This document shows positions 63,834-64,000 of a stretch of DNA of 64,000 bases, in pieces (position 1 is the stretch's first letter; each line of letters begins with the position of its first letter). A program made the translations under genes and the position numbers. The stretch spans positions 122,539 through 186,538 of the forward strand of contig CAILKO010000035.1 of assembly GCA_903834835.1 (NCBI GenBank). Reading direction: 5' to 3'. This DNA comes from an uncultured Pseudomonadota bacterium (GTDB taxonomy: Bacteria; Pseudomonadota; Gammaproteobacteria; Burkholderiales; SG8-39). Under the pieces are notes generated by a model that saw nothing but the letters and a program-made list of their open reading frames with translations, had not been told where the DNA came from and made no database searches.

Positions 63834-64000
63834 TCATTTCTCCGTCGGCAGCCCCGCCTGTTTCCAGCCGCTGTAGCCGCCGGTAAGGTTCACGACTCGC
63901 TCGTACCCGAGCTTGCGGATCGCCTCCAGAGCACGCCCCGACCTGCCGTCGCCACCGCAGTAAACGACGATCGGCCGGTTCTTGTTCTTCGCAACCTCGG
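63834..64000 (-). CDS. Rhodanese-like protein, 3' end
   Basis: Manual translation ...KNRPIVVYCGGDGRS...NLTGGYSGWKQAGLPTEK*; rhodanese-grxC-secB order. Confidence 0.88.
   Translation of the reverse strand, partial: EVAKNKNRPIVVYCGGDGRSGRALEAIRKLGYERVVNLTGGYSGWKQAGLPTEK

Overview
GC-rich chromosomal window of a betaproteobacterium (inferred from gene content and order, the orphan Bug/TctC proteins, and a CIRCE in front of rpoH). Most of it is core genome: tRNA-Phe, groEL-groES, dacB, ubiD-ubiA-recG, tRNA-Ala, typA, pstSCAB-phoU-phoBR, ychF-pth-rplY-prs-tRNA-Gln-ispE-lolB, mutM, coaD-rsmD, ftsYEX-rpoH, an aa3-type cytochrome c oxidase and assembly cluster, comF-trmL, and gpsA-SH3-secB-grxC-rhodanese. 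One accessory block (about 12.2-25.0 kb) looks like an uncharacterised aromatic or N-heteroaromatic catabolic cluster. It holds an MFS transporter, a Fe(II) extradiol dioxygenase coupled to a Rid deaminase, an atypical SDR, a Rieske oxygenase with no electron-transfer partner, an amidohydrolase, two Bug receptors, a 51-aa secreted peptide, a Ddn-type (F420H2) reductase and an SMP-30 lactonase. It ends at a sharp junction with a decapitated RND pump gene and an intact outer-membrane factor. The most striking non-coding signal is a pair of long AT-rich palindromes 34 kb apart (27047-27080 and 61496-61535). They share the core TAGTAAC-N6-GTTACTA but have different self-complementary outer arms, and each sits beside an accessory alpha/beta-hydrolase gene. 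No integrase, transposase, CRISPR array, rRNA or prophage was seen. All family calls come from motif recognition by eye; no searches were run.
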